Source: Eledone cirrhosa (taxonomy: Eukaryota). Taken from it: a stretch of DNA of 64,000 nucleotides. Below are positions 15,001 through 29,899 of the stretch, piece by piece; position 1 is the stretch's first letter, and each line of letters begins with the position of its first letter. The stretch is taken from assembly GCA_964016885.1 (NCBI GenBank), contig OZ024742.1, forward strand, positions 226,052,001-226,116,000, written 5' to 3'. Under the pieces are notes generated by a model that worked only from the letters and a program-made list of their open reading frames with translations, did not search any database and was not told where the DNA came from. A program made the position numbers and the translations under genes.

Positions 15001-18000
15001 TGCTTTTTGTCGTGACACCTACATGACCACTTTACAGTGTGGACTGGGTGCTTTTTGGCGTGACACCTACACAACCACTTTACAGTGTGGACTGGGTGCT
15101 TTTTGTCATGGCACCTACACAACCACTTCACAGTGTGGACTGGGTGCTTTTTGTCATGACGCATACATGACCACTATACAGTGTGGACTGAGTGCTTTTT
15201 GTCGTGACACTTATATGACGACTTTACAGTGTGGTCTGGGTGGTTTTTGTCGTGACACCTACAAGACCACTTTACAATGTGGACTGAGTGCTTTTTGCAT
15301 GACACCTACACAACCACTTTACAGTGTGGACTGGGTGCTTTTTGTCGTGACACCTACATGACCACTTTACAGTTTGAACTGGGTGCTTTTTGTCGTGACA
15401 CCTACATGACCACTTTACAGTGTGGACTGGGTGCTTTTTGTCGTGACACCTACACGACCACTTTACAGTGTGAACTGGGTGCTTTTTGTCGTGAAACCTA
15501 CACGACCACTTTACAGCGTGAACTAGGTGCTTTTTGTCGTGACACTTACACGACCACTTTACAGTGTGGACTGGGTGCTTTTTGTCGTGACACATACACG
15601 ACCACTTTACAGTGTGGACTGGGTACTTTTTGTCGTGACACCTACATGACCACTTTTCAGTGTGGACTGGGTGCTTTTTGTCATGACACCTACATGACCA
15701 CCTTACAGTGTGGACTGGATGCTTTTTGTCGTGACACCTACATGACCACTTTACAGTGTGTACTGGGTACTTTTTGTCTTGATACCTACATGACCACTTT
15801 ACAGTGTGTACTGGGTACTTTTTGTCATGACACCGACATGACCGCTTTACAGTGTGGACTGGGTGCTTTTTGTCATGACACCTACACAACCACTTTACAA
15901 TGTGGACTGGATGCCTTTTGTCGTGACACATACATGACCACTTTACAGTGTGGACTGGGTGCCTTTTTGTCGTGACATCTACATTACCACTTTACAGTGT
16001 GGACTGGGTGCTTTTTGTTGTGACACCTACATGACCACTTTTCAGTGTGGACTGGGTGCTTTTTGTCGTGACACCTACATCACCACTTTACAGTGTGGAC
16101 TGGGTGCTTTTTGTCGTGACACCTACATCACCACTTTACAGTGTGTACTGGTTGCTTTTTGTCATGACACCTACACGACCACTTTACAGTGTGGACTGGG
16201 TGCTTTTTGTCGTGACACCTACATGACCACTTTACAGTGTATACTGGGTACTTTTTGTCGTGACACCTACATGACCACTTTACAGTGTGGACTGGGTGCT
16301 TTTTGTCGTGACACCTACATGACCACTTTACAGTGTGGACAGGGTGCTTTTTGTCGTGACACCTATATGACCACTTTACAGTGTGTACTGGGTACTTTTT
16401 GTCGTGAGATCTACATGACCACTTTACAGTGTGTACTGACTATTTTTTGTCATGACACCTACATGACCACTTTACAGTGTGGACTGGGTGCTTTTTGTCG
16501 TGACACCTACACAACCACTTTACAGTGTGAACTGGGTGATTTTGTCGTGACACCTACATGACCACTTTTCAGTGTGGACTGGATGCTTTTTGTTGTGACA
16601 TCTACATTACCACTTTACAGTGTGGACTGGGTGCTTTTTGTTGTGACACCTACATGACCACTTTTCAGTGTGGACTGGGTGCTTTTTGTCGTGACACCTA
16701 CATCACCACTTTACAGTGTGGACTGGGTGCTTTTTGTCGTGACACCTACATCACCACTTTACAGTGTATACTGGGTACTTTTTGTCGTGACACCTACATG
16801 ACCACTTTACAGTGTGGACTGGGTACTTTTTGTCGTGACACCTACACAACCACTTTACAGTGTATACTGGGTACTTTTTGTCGTGACACCTACATGACCA
16901 CTTTACAGTGTGGACTGGGTGCTTATTGTCGTGACACCTACATGACCACTTTACAGTGTGGACAGGGTGCTTTTTGTCGTGACACCTATATGACCACTTT
17001 ACAGTGTGTACTGGGTACTTTTTGTCGTGACACCTACATGACCACTTTACAGTGTGTACTGACTACTTTTTGTCATGACACCTACATTACCACTTTACAG
17101 TGTGAACTGGGTGATTTTGTCGTGACACCTACATGACCACTTTACAGTGTGGACTGGGTGCTTTTTGTTGTGACATCTACATTACCACTTTACAGTGTGG
17201 ACTGGGTGCTTTTTGTTGTGACACCTACATGACCACTTTTCAGTGTGGACTGGGTGCTTTTTGTCGTGACACCTACATCACCACTTTACAGTGTGGACTG
17301 GGTGCTTTTTGTCGTGACACCTACATGACCACTTTACAGTTTGAACTGGGTGCTTTTTGTCTTGACACCTACATGACCACTTTACAGTGTGGACTGGGTG
17401 CTTTTTGTCGTGACACCTACACGACCACTTTACAGTGTGAACTGGGTGCTTTTTGTCGTGAAACCTACACGACCACTTTACAGCGTGAACTGGGTGCTTT
17501 TTGTCGTGACACTTACACGACCACTTTACAGTGTGAACTGGGTGCTTTTTGTCGTGAAACCTACACGACCACTTTACAGCGTGAACTGGGTGCTTTTTGT
17601 CGTGACACCTACACGACCACTTTACAGTGTGGACTGGGTGCTTTTTGTCATGACACCTACACAACCACTTTACAGTGTGGACTGGATGCCTTTTGTCGTG
17701 ACACATACATGACCACTTTACAGTGTGAACTGGGTGCTTTTTGTCGTGACACCTACATTACCACTTTACAGTGTGGACTGGGTGCTTTTTGTTGTGACAC
17801 CTACATCACCACTTTTCAGTGTGGACTGGGTGCTTTTTGTCGTGACACCTACATCACCACTTTACAGTGTGTACTGGGTGCTTTTTGTCATGACACCTAC
17901 ACGACCACTTTACAGTGTGGACTGGGTGCTTTTTGTCGTGACACCTACATCACCACTTTACAGTGTATACTGGGTACTTTTTGTCGTGACACCTACATGA

Positions 18001-21000
18001 CCACTTTACAGTGTGGACTAGGTGCTTATTGTCGTGACACCTACATGACCACTTTACAGTGTGGACAGGGTGCTTTTTGTCGTGACACCTATATGACCAC
18101 TTTACAGTGTGTACTGGGTACTTTTTGTCGTGACACCTACATGACCACTTTACAGTGTGTACTGACTACTTTTTGTCATGACACCTACATTACCACTTTA
18201 CAGTGTGGACTGGGTGCTTTATGTCATGACACCTACACTACCACTTTACAGTGTGGTGGGTGCTTTTTGAGGTGACACCTACATGACCACTTTACAGTGT
18301 GGACTGGGTGCTTTTTGTCATGACACCTACATGACCACTTGACATTGTGGACTGGGTGCTTTTTGTCACGAGACCTACATGACCACTTTACAGTGTGGAC
18401 TGGGTGCTTTATGTCATGACACCTACACAACCACTTTACAGTGTGGACTGGGTGCTTTTTGTCATGACACCTACATGACCACTTTACAATGTGGACTGGG
18501 TGCTTTTTGTCGTGACACCTACACAACCACTTTACAGTGTGGACTGGCTGCTTTTTGTCGTGACACCTACATGACCACTTTACAGTGTGAACTGGGTGCT
18601 TTTTGTCGTGACACCTACATGACCACTTTAGAGTGTGGACTAGGTGCTTTTTGTCGTGCCACTTACACGACCACTTTACAGTGTGGACTGGGTGCTTTTT
18701 GTCGTGACACCTACACGACCACTTTACAGTGTGGACTGGGTGCTTTTTGTCGTGACACCTACATGACCACTTTACAGTGTGGACTGGGTGCTTTTTGTCA
18801 TGACCACCTTACAGTGTGGACTGGGTGCTTTTTGTCATCAACACCTACATCACCCCTTTACAGTGTATACTGGGTACTTTTTGTCGTGACACCTACATGA
18901 CCACTTTACAGTGTGGACTGGGTACTTTTTGTCGTGACACCTACACAACCACTTTACAGTGTGGACTGGGTGCTTTTTGTCATGACACCTACACAACCCC
19001 TTTACAGTGTGGACTGGGTGCTTTTTGTCGTGACACATACATGACCACTTTACAGTGTGGACTGGGTGCTTTTTGTCGTGACACCTACATGACCACTTTA
19101 CAGTGTGGACTGGGTGCTTTTTGTTGTGACACCTACATGACCACTTTTCAGTATGGACTGGGTGCTTTTTGTCGTGACACCTACATCACCACTTTACAGT
19201 GTGGACTGGGTGCTTTTTGTCATGACACCTACATGACCACCTCACCGTGTGGACTGGATGCTTTTTGTCGTGACACCTACATGACCACTTTACAGTGTGT
19301 ACTGGGTACTTTTTGTCTTGACACCTACATGACCACTTTACAGTGTGTACTGGGTACTTTTTGTCATGACACCGACATGACCGCTTTACAGTGTGGACTG
19401 GGTGCTTTTTGTCATGACACCTACACAACCACTTTACAGTGTGGACTGGATGCTTTTTGTCGTGACACATACATGACCACTTTACAGTGTGGACTGGGTG
19501 CTTTTTGTCGTGACACCTACATGACCACTTTACAGTGTGGACTGGGTGCTTTTTGCTGTGACACCTACATTACCACTTTACAGTGTGGACTGGGTGCTTT
19601 ATGTCATGACACCTACACTACCACTTTACAGTGTGGACTGGGTGCTTTTTGTAGTGACACCTACATGACCACTTTACAGTGTGGACTGGGTGCTTTTTGT
19701 CGTGACACTTACATCACCACTTTACAGTGTGGACTGGGTGCTTTTTGTCATGACACCTACATGACTACTTTACAGTGTGGACTGGATGCTTTTTGTTGTG
19801 ACACCTACATGACCACTTTACAGTGTGGACTGGGTGCTTTTTGTCATGAGACCGACATGACCACTTTACAGTGTGGACTGGGTGCTTTATGTCATGACAC
19901 CTACACAACCACTTTACAGTGTGGACTGGGTGCTTTTTGTAGTGACACCTACATGACTACTTTACAGTGTGGACTGGGTCCTTTTTGTCGTGACACCTAC
20001 ATGACTACTTTACAGTGTGTACTGGGTACTGTTTGTCCCGACACCTACATGACCACTTTACAGTGTGGACTGGGTGCTTTATGTCTGGACACCTACACGA
20101 CCACTTTACAGTGTGAACTGGGTGCTTTTTGTCGTGACACCTACACGACCACTTTACAGTGTGAACTGGGTGCTTTTTGTCGTGACACATACACGACCAC
20201 TTTACAGTGTGGACTTGGTACTTTTTGTCATGACACCTACATGATCACTTTACAGTGTGAACTGGGTGCTTTTTGTCGTGACACTTACACGACCACTTTA
20301 CAGTGTGGACTGGGTGCTTTTTGTCGTGACACCTACACGACCACTTTACAGTGTGGACTGAGTGCTTTTTGTCGTGACACTTACACGACCACTTTACAGT
20401 GTGTACTGGGTACTTTTTGTCTTGATACCTACATGACCACTTTACAGTGTGTACTGGGTACTTTTTGTCATGACACCGACGTGACCGCTTTACAGTGTGG
20501 ACTGGGTGCTTTTTGTCATGACACTTACACAACCACTTTACAGTGTGGACTGGATGCCTTTTGTCGTGACACATACATGACCACTTTACAGTGTGAACTG
20601 GGTGCTTTTTGTCGTGACACCTACATTACCACTTTACAGTGTGGACTGGGTGCTTTTTGTTGTGACACCTACATCACCACTTTTCAGTGTGGACTGGGTG
20701 CTTTTTGTCGTGACACCTACATCACCACTTTACAGTGTGTACTGGGTGCTTTTTGTCATGACACCTACACGACCACTTTACAGTGTGGACTGGGTGCTTT
20801 TTGTTGTGACACCTACATCACCACTTTTCAGTGTGGACTGGGTGCTTTTTGTCGTGACACCTACATCACCATTTTACAGTGTGTACTGACTACTTTTTGT
20901 CATGACACCTACATTACCACTTTACAGTGTGGACTGGGTGCTTTATGTCATGACACCTACACTACCACTTTACAGTGTGGAGTGGGTGCTTTTTGTAGTG

Positions 21001-24000
21001 ACACCTACATGACCACTTTACAGTGTGGACTGGGTGCTTTTTGTCATGACACCTACATGACTACTTTACAGTGTGGACTGGGTGCTTTTTGTCATGACAC
21101 CTACATGACCACTTGACATTGTCGACTGGGTGCTTTTTGTCACGAGACCTACATGACCGCTTTACAGTGTGGACTGGGTGCTTTATGTCATGACACCTAC
21201 ACAACCACTTTACAGTGTGGACTGGGTGCTTTTTGTCATGACACCTACATGACCACTTTACAGTGTGGGCTGGGTGCTTTTTGTTGTGACACCTACATGA
21301 CCACTTTTCAGTGTGTACTGGGTACTTTTTGTCTTGACACCTACATGACCACTTTACAGTGTGTACTGGGTACTTTTTGTCATGACACCGACATGACCGC
21401 TTTACAGTGTGGACTGGGTGCTTTTTGTCATGACACCTACACAACCACTTTACAGTGTGGACTGGATGCTTTTTGTCGTGACACATACATGACCACTTTA
21501 CAGTGTGGACTGGGTGCTTTTTGCTGTGACACCTACATTACTACTTTACAGTGTGGACTGGGTGCTTTATGTCATGACACCTACACTACCACTTTACAGT
21601 GTGGACTGGGTGCTTTTTGTAGTGACACCTACATGACCACTTTACAGTGTGGACTGGGTGCTTTTTGTCGTGACACCTACATGACCACTTTACAGTGTGG
21701 ACTGGGTGCTTTTTGTCGTGACACTTACATCACCACTTTACAGTGTGGACTGGGTGCTTTTTGTCATGACACCTACATGACTACTTTACAGTGTGGACTG
21801 GATGCTTTTTGTTGTGACACCTACATGACCACTTTACAGTGTGGACTGGGTGCTTTTTGTCATGAGACCGACATGACCACTTTACAGTGTGGACTGGGTG
21901 CTTTATGTCATGACACCTACACAACCACTTTACAGTGTGGACTGGGTGCTTTTTGTAGTGACACCTACATGACCACTTTACAGTGTGGACTGGGTCCTTT
22001 TTGTCGTGACACCTACATGACCACTTTACAGTGTGTACTGGGTACTTTTTGTCGTGACACCTACATGACCACTTTACAGTGTGGACTGGGTGCTTTATGT
22101 CTGGACACCTACACGACCACTTTACAGTGTGAACTGGGTGCTTTTTGTCGTGACACATACACGACCACTTTACAGTGTGGACTTGGTACTTTTTGTCATG
22201 ACACCTACACGACCACTTTACAGTGTGGACTGGGTGCTTTTTGTCGTGACACCTACATGATCATTTACAGTGTGAACTGGGTGCTTTTTGTCGTGACACT
22301 TACACGACCACTTTACAGTGTGGACTGGGTGCTTTTTGTCGTGACACCTACACGACCACTTTACAGTGTGGACTGAGTGCTTTTTGTCGTGACACATACA
22401 CGACCACTTTACAGTGTGGACTTGGTACATTTTGTCATGACACCTACATGACCACTTTACAGTGTGGACTGGGTGCTTTTTGTCATGACACCTACATGAC
22501 CACTTTACAATGTTTGACTGGGTGCTTTTTGTCGTGACACCTACATGACCACTTTACAGTGTGGACTGGATGCTTTTTGTTGTGACACCTACATGACCAC
22601 TTTACAGTGTGGACTGGGTGCTTTTTGTCATGAGACCTACATGACCACTTAACAGTGTGGACTGGGTGCTTTATGTCATGACACCTACACAACCACTTTA
22701 CAGTGTGGACTGGGTGCTTTTTGTCATGACACATACATGACCACTTTACAGTGTGGACTGGGTGTTTTTTGTCATGACACATACATGACCACTATACAGT
22801 GTGGACTGGGTGCTTTTTGTCGTGACACCTACATGACCACTTTACAGTGTGTACTGGGTACTTTTTGTATTGACACCTACATGACCGCTTTACAGTGTGG
22901 ACTGGGTGCTTTTTGTCGTGACACCGACATGACCACTTTACAGTGTGGACTGGGTGCTTTTTGTCATGACACCTACATGACCACCTCACAGTGTGGACTG
23001 GGTGCTTTTTGTCATGACACCTACATGACCACCTCACAGTGTGGACTGGGTGCTTTTTGTCGTGACACATACATGACCACTTTACAGTGTGGACTGGGTG
23101 CTTTTTGTCATGACACCTACATGACCACTTTACAGTGTGGACTGGGTGCTTTTTGTCATGACACCTACATGACCACCTCACAGTGTGGACTGGGTGCTTT
23201 TTGTCGTGACACATACATGACCACTTTACAGTGTGGACTGGGTGCTTTTTGTCATGACACCTACATGACCACTTTACAGTGTGGACTGGGTGCTTTTTGT
23301 CATGACACCTACATGACCACCTCACAGTGTGGACTGGGTGCTTTTTGTCGTGACACCTACATGACCACTTTACAGTGTATACTGGGTACTTTTTGTCGTG
23401 ACACCTACATGACCACTTTACAGTGTGGACTGGGTGCTTTTTGTCGTGACACCTACATGACCACTTTACAGTGTGGACAGGGTGCTTTTTGTCGTGACAC
23501 CTATATGACCACTTTACAGTGTGTACTGGGTACTTTTTGTCGTGACACCTACATGACCACTTTACAGTGTGTACTGACTATTTTTTGTCATGACACCTAC
23601 ATGACCACTTTACAGTGTGGACTGGGTGCTTTTTGTCATGAGACCTACATGACCACTTTACAGTGTGGACTGGGTGCTTTATGTCATGACACCTACACAA
23701 CTACTTTACAGTGTGGACTGGGTCCTTTTTGTCGTGACACCTACATGACTACTTTACAGTGTGTACTGGGTACTTCTTGTCGTGACACCTACATGACCAC
23801 TTTACAGTGTGTACTGACTACTTTTTGTCATGACACCTACATTACCACTTTACAGTGTGGACGGGGTGCTTTATGTCTGGACACCTACACGACCACTTTA
23901 CAGTGTGAACTGGGTGCTTTTTGTCGTGACACCTACACGACCACTTTACAGTGTGGACTGAGTGTTTTTTGTCGTGACACATACACGACCACTTTACAGT

Positions 24001-27000
24001 GTGGACTTGGTATTTTTTGTCATGACACCTACATGACCACTTTACAGTGTGGACTGGGTGCTTTTTGTCATGACACCTACATGACCACCTCACAGTGTGG
24101 ACTGGGTGCTTTTTGTTGTGACACCTACATGACCACTTTATAGTGTGTACTGGGTACTTTTTGTCATGACACCGACATGACCGCTTTACAGTGTGGACTG
24201 GGTGCTTTTTGTCATGACACCTACACAACCACTTTACAGTGTGGACTGGGTGCTTTTTGTCGTGACACCTACATGACCACTTTACAGTGTATACTGGGTA
24301 CTTTTTGTCGTGACACCTACATGACCACTTTACAGTGTGGACTGGGTGCTTTTTGTCGTGACACCTACATGACCACTTTACAGTGTGGACAGGGTGCTTT
24401 TTGTCGTGACACCTATATGACCACTTTACAGTGTGTACTGGGTACTTTTTGTCGTGACACCTACATGACCACTTTACAGTGTGTACTGACTATTTTTTGT
24501 CATGACACCTACATGACCACTTTACAGTGTGGACTGGGTGCTTTTTGTCATGAGACCTACATGACCACTTTACAGTGTGGACTGGGTGCTTTATGTCATG
24601 ACACCTACACAACTACTTTACAGTGTGGACTGGGTCCTTTTTGTCGTGACACCTACATGACTACTTTACAGTGTGTACTGGGTACTTCTTGTCGTGACAC
24701 CTACATGACCACTTTACAGTGTGTACTGACTACTTTTTGTCATGACACCTACATTACCACTTTACAGTGTGGACTGGGTGCTTTATGTATGGACACCTAC
24801 ACGACCACTTTACAGTGTGAACTTGGTGCTTTTTGTCGTGACACCTACATCACCACTTTACAGTGTGTACTGGTTGCTTTTTGTCATGACACCTACACGA
24901 CCACTTTACAGTGTGGACTGGGTGCTTTTTGTCATGAGACCTACATGACCACTTTACAGTGTGGACTGGGTGCTTTATGTCATGACACCTACACAACCAC
25001 TTTACAGTGTGGACTGGGTGCTTTTTGTAGTGACACCTACACGACCACTTTACAGTGTGGACTGGGTCCTTTTTGTCGTGACACCTACATGACTACTTTA
25101 CAGTGTGTACTGGGTACTTTTTGTCGTGACACCTACATGACCACTTTACAGTGTGGACTGGGTGCTTTATGTCTGGACACCTACACGACCACTTTACAGT
25201 GTGAACTGGGTGCTTTTTGTCGTGACACCTACACGACCACTTTACAGTGTGAACTGGGTGCTTTTTGTCGTGACACATACACGACCACTTTACAGTGTGG
25301 ACTTGGTACTTTTTGTCATGACACCTACATGACCACTTTACAGTGTGAACTGGGTGCTTTTTGTCGTGACACTTACACGACCACTTTACAGTGTGGACTG
25401 GGTGCTTTTTGTCGTGACACCTACACGACCACTTTACAGTGTGGACTGAGTGCTTTTTGTCGTTACACATACACGACCACTTTACAGTGTGGACTTGGTA
25501 CATTTTGTCATGACACCTACATGACCACTTTACAGTGTGGACTGGGTGCTTTTTGTCATGACACCTACATGCCCACTTTACGATGTTTGACTGGGTGCTT
25601 TTTGTCGTGACACCTACATGACCGCTTTACAGTGTGGACTGGGTGCTTTTTGTCATGACACCTACACAACCACTTTACAGTGTGAACTGGGTACTTTTTG
25701 TCATGACACCTACATGACCACTTTACAGTGTGGACTGGGTGCTTTTTGTCATGACACATACATGACCACTTTACAGTGTGGACTGGGTGTTTTTTGTCAT
25801 GACACATACATGACCACTATACAGTGTGGACTGGGTGCTTTTTGTCGTGACACCTACATGACCACTTTACAGTGTGTACTGGGTACTTTTTTTCTTGACA
25901 CCTACATGACCACTTTACAGTGTGTACTGGGTACTTTTTGTCATGACACCGACATGACCGCTTTACAGTGTGGACTGGGTGCTTTTTGTCGTGACACCTA
26001 CATGACCACTTTACAGTGTGGACTGGGTGCTTTTTGTCATGACACCTACATGACCACCTCACAGTGTGGACTGGGTGCTTTTTGTCGTGACACATACATG
26101 ACCACTTTACAGTGTGGACTGGGTGCTTTTTGTCATGACACCTACATGACCACTTTACAGTGTGGACTGGGTGCTTTTTGTTGTGGCACCTACATGACCA
26201 CTTTTCAGTGTGGACTGGGTGCTTTTTGTCGTGACACCTACATCACCACTTTACAGTGTGTACTGGTTGCTTTTTGTCATGACACCTACACGACCACTTT
26301 ACAGTGTGGACTGGGTGCTTTTTGTCGTGACACCTACATGACCACTTTACAGTGTATACTGGGTACTTTTTGTCGTGACACCTACATGACCACTTTACAG
26401 TGTGGACTGGGTGCTTTTTGTCGTGACACCTACATGACCACTTTACAGTGTGGACAGGGTGCTTTTTGTCGTGACACCTACACAACCACTTTACAGTGTG
26501 TACTGGGTACTTTTTGTCGTGACACCTACATGACCACTTTACAGTGTGTACTGACTATTTTTTGTCATGACACCTACATGACCACTTTACAGTGTGGACT
26601 GGGTGCTTTTTGTCATGAGACCTACATGACCACTTTACAGTGTGGACTGGGTGCTTTATGTCATGACACCTACACAACTACTTTACAGTGTGGACTGGGT
26701 CCTTTTTGTCGTGACACCTACATGACTACTTTACAGTGTGTACTGGGTACTTCTTGTCGTGACACCTACATGACCACTTTACAGTGTGTACTGACTACTT
26801 TTTGTCATGACACCTACATTACCACTTTACAGTGTGGACTGGGTGCTTTATGTCTGGACACCTACACGACCACTTTACAGTGTGAACTGGGTGCTTTTTG
26901 TCGTGACACCTACACGACCACTTTACAGTGTGAACTGGGTGCTTTTTGTCGTGACACCTACACGACCACTTTACAGTGTGGACTGAGTGTTTTTTGTCGT

Positions 27001-29768
27001 GACACATACACTACCACTTTACAGTGTGGACTTGGTATTTTTTGTCATGACACCTACATGACCACTTTACAGTGTGGACTGGGTGCTTTTTGTCATGACA
27101 CCTACATGACCACCTCACAGTGTGGACTGGGTGCTTTTTGTTGTGACACCTACATGACCACTTTATAGTGTGTACTGGGTACTTTTTGTCGTGACACCTA
27201 CATGACCACTTTACAGTGTGGACTGGGTGCTTTTTGTCGTGACACCTACATGACCACTTTACAGTGTGGACAGGGTGGTTTTTGTCGTGACACCTATATG
27301 ACCACTTTACAGTGTGTACTGGGTACTTTTTGTCGTGACACCTACATGACCACTTTACAGTGTGTACTGACTATTTTTTGTCATGACACCTACATGACCA
27401 CTTTACAGTGTGGACTGGGTGCTTTTTGTCATGAGACCTACATGACCACTTTACAGTGTGGACTGGGTGCTTTATGTCATGACACCTACACAACTACTTT
27501 ACAGTGTGGACTGGGTCCTTTTTGTCGTGACACCTACATGACTACTTTACAGTGTGTACTGGGTACTTCTTGTCGTGACACCTACATGACCACTTTACAG
27601 TGTGTACTGACTACTTTTTGTCATGACACCTACATTACCACTTTACAGTGTGGACTGGGTGCTTTATGTCTGGACACCTACACGACCACTTTACAGTGTG
27701 AACTGGGTGCTTTTTGTCGTGACACCTACATCACCACTTTACAGTGTGTACTGGTTGCTTTTTGTCATGACACCTACACGACCACTTTACAGTGTGGACT
27801 GGGTGCTTTTTGTCGTGACACCTACATGACCACTTTACAGTGTATACTGGGTACTTTTTGTCGTGACACCTACATGACCACTTTACAGTGTGGACTGGGT
27901 GCTTTTTGTCGTGACACCTACATGACCACTTTACAGTGTGGACAGGGTGCTTTTTGTCGTGACACCTATATGACCACTTTACAGTGTGTACTGGGTACTT
28001 TTTGTCGTGACACCTACATGACCACTTTACAGTGTGTACTGACTATTTTTTGTCATGACACCTACATGACCACTTTACAGTGTGGACTGGGTGCTTTTTG
28101 TCATGAGACCTACATGACCACTTTACAGTGTGGACTGGGTGCTTTATGTCATGACACCTACACAACTACTTTACAGTGTGGACTGGGTCCTTTTTGTCGT
28201 GACACCTACATGACTACTTTACAGTGTGTACTGGGTACTTCTTGTCGTGACACCTACATGACCACTTTACAGTGTGTACTGACTACTTTTTGTCATGACA
28301 CCTACATTACCACTTTACAGTGTGGACTGGGTGCTTTATGTCTGGACACCTACACGACCACTTTACAGTGTGAACTGGGTGCTTTTTGTCGTGACACCTA
28401 CACGACCACTTTACAGTGTGAACTGGGTGCTTTTTGTCGTGACACCTACACGACCACTTTACAGTGTGGACTGAGTGTTTTTTGTTGTGACACATACACG
28501 ACCACTTTACAGTGTGGACTAGGTATTTTTTGTCATGACACCTACATGACCACTTTACAGTGTGGACTGGGTGCTTTTTGTCATGACACCTACATGACCA
28601 CCTCACAGTGTGGACTGGGTGCTTTTTGTTGTGACACCTACATGACCACTTTACAGTGTGTACTGGGTACTTTTTGTCATGACACCGACATGACCGCTTT
28701 ACAGTGTGGACTGGCTGCTTTTTGTCATGACACCTACACAACCACTTTACAGTGTGGACTGGGTGCTTTTTGTCGTGACACCTACATGACCACTTTACAG
28801 TGTGGACTGGGTGATTTTTGTTGTCACACCTACATGACCACTTTTCAGTGTGGACTTGGTGCTTTTTGTCGTGACACCTACATCACCACTTTACAGTGTG
28901 TACTGGGTGCTTTTTATCATGACACCTACATGACCACTTTACAGTGTATACTGGGTACTTTTTGTCATGACACCTACATGACCACTTTACAGTGTGGACT
29001 GGGTGCTTTTTGTCGTGACACCTACATGACCACTTTACAGTGTGGACTGGGTGCTTTTTGTAGTGACACCTACATGACCACTTTACAGTGTGGACTGGGT
29101 GCTTTTTGTCATGACACCTACATGACCACTTCACAGTGTGGACTGGGTGCTTTTTGTCGTGACACCTACAAGACCACTTTACAGTGTGGACTGGCTGCTT
29201 TTTGTCGTGACACCTACATGACCACTTTACAGTGTGGACTGGGTGCTTTTTGTCGTGACACCTACAAGACCACTTTACAGTGTGGACTGGGTGCTTTTTG
29301 TCATGACACCTACACGACCACTTTACAGTGTGGACTGGGTTCTTTTTGTCATGACACCTACATGACCACTTTACAGTGTCGACTGGGTGCTTTTTATTGT
29401 GATACCTACATGACCACTTTACAGTGTGGACTGGGTGCTTTTTATTGTGACACCTACACGACCACTTTACAGTGTGGACTGGGTGGTTTTTATCATGACA
29501 CGTACATGACCACTTTACAGTGTGGACTGGGTGCTTTTTATTGTGACACCTACATGACCACTTTACAGTGTGGACTGGGTGCTTTTTATTGTGACACCTA
29601 CACGACCACTTTCCAGTGTAGACTGGGTGCTTTTTGTCGTAACACCTACATGATCACTCTACAGTGTGTACTGGATACTTTTTGTCGTAACACCTACATG
29701 ATCACTCTACAGTGTGTACTGGATACTTTTTGTCGTGACACCTACATGACCACTTTGGACTGGGTGCT
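1..29768. repeat. 48-bp tandem satellite, about 620 monomers, open at the left window edge; consensus ACTTTACAGTGTGGACTGGGTGCTTTTTGTCGTGACACCTACATGACC
   Basis: Continuous head-to-tail 48-nt periodicity with point variants and occasional 1-nt indels. Ends with a partly deleted monomer (accacttt/ggactgggtgct) at about 29750-29768. Count estimated as length/48. Confidence 0.99.
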
Positions 29769-29899
29769 GGAGTGGGAGAGGTGCATGGGAATTGGAAAGG
29801 CAGATCTATGGTGGGACACTTATCAGTTGAGGAGAGCATCAAAGGAGGAATGTTAGCGTGTTGGAAGCATATGGAAGAGGGAGGCAAGGGAAAGTAGTA

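Noticed and set aside
1-29768. CRISPR array or integron-like cassette array
   Set aside because: No unique spacers, monomers are contiguous, no cas or integrase genes, and the context is eukaryotic with spliceosomal introns.
172-29856. Long Cys/Thr-rich (MTTLQCGLGAFCRDTY)n and His/Lys-rich (HDKKHPVHTVKWSCRC)n ORFs up to about 900 aa, resembling metal-binding or zinc-finger proteins
   Set aside because: The 48-bp monomer is a multiple of 3 and stop-free on both strands, so long ORFs arise automatically. Frameshifts and stops are copied within HORs, the common variants change amino acids at CpG sites, and the unit comes from a non-coding UTR.
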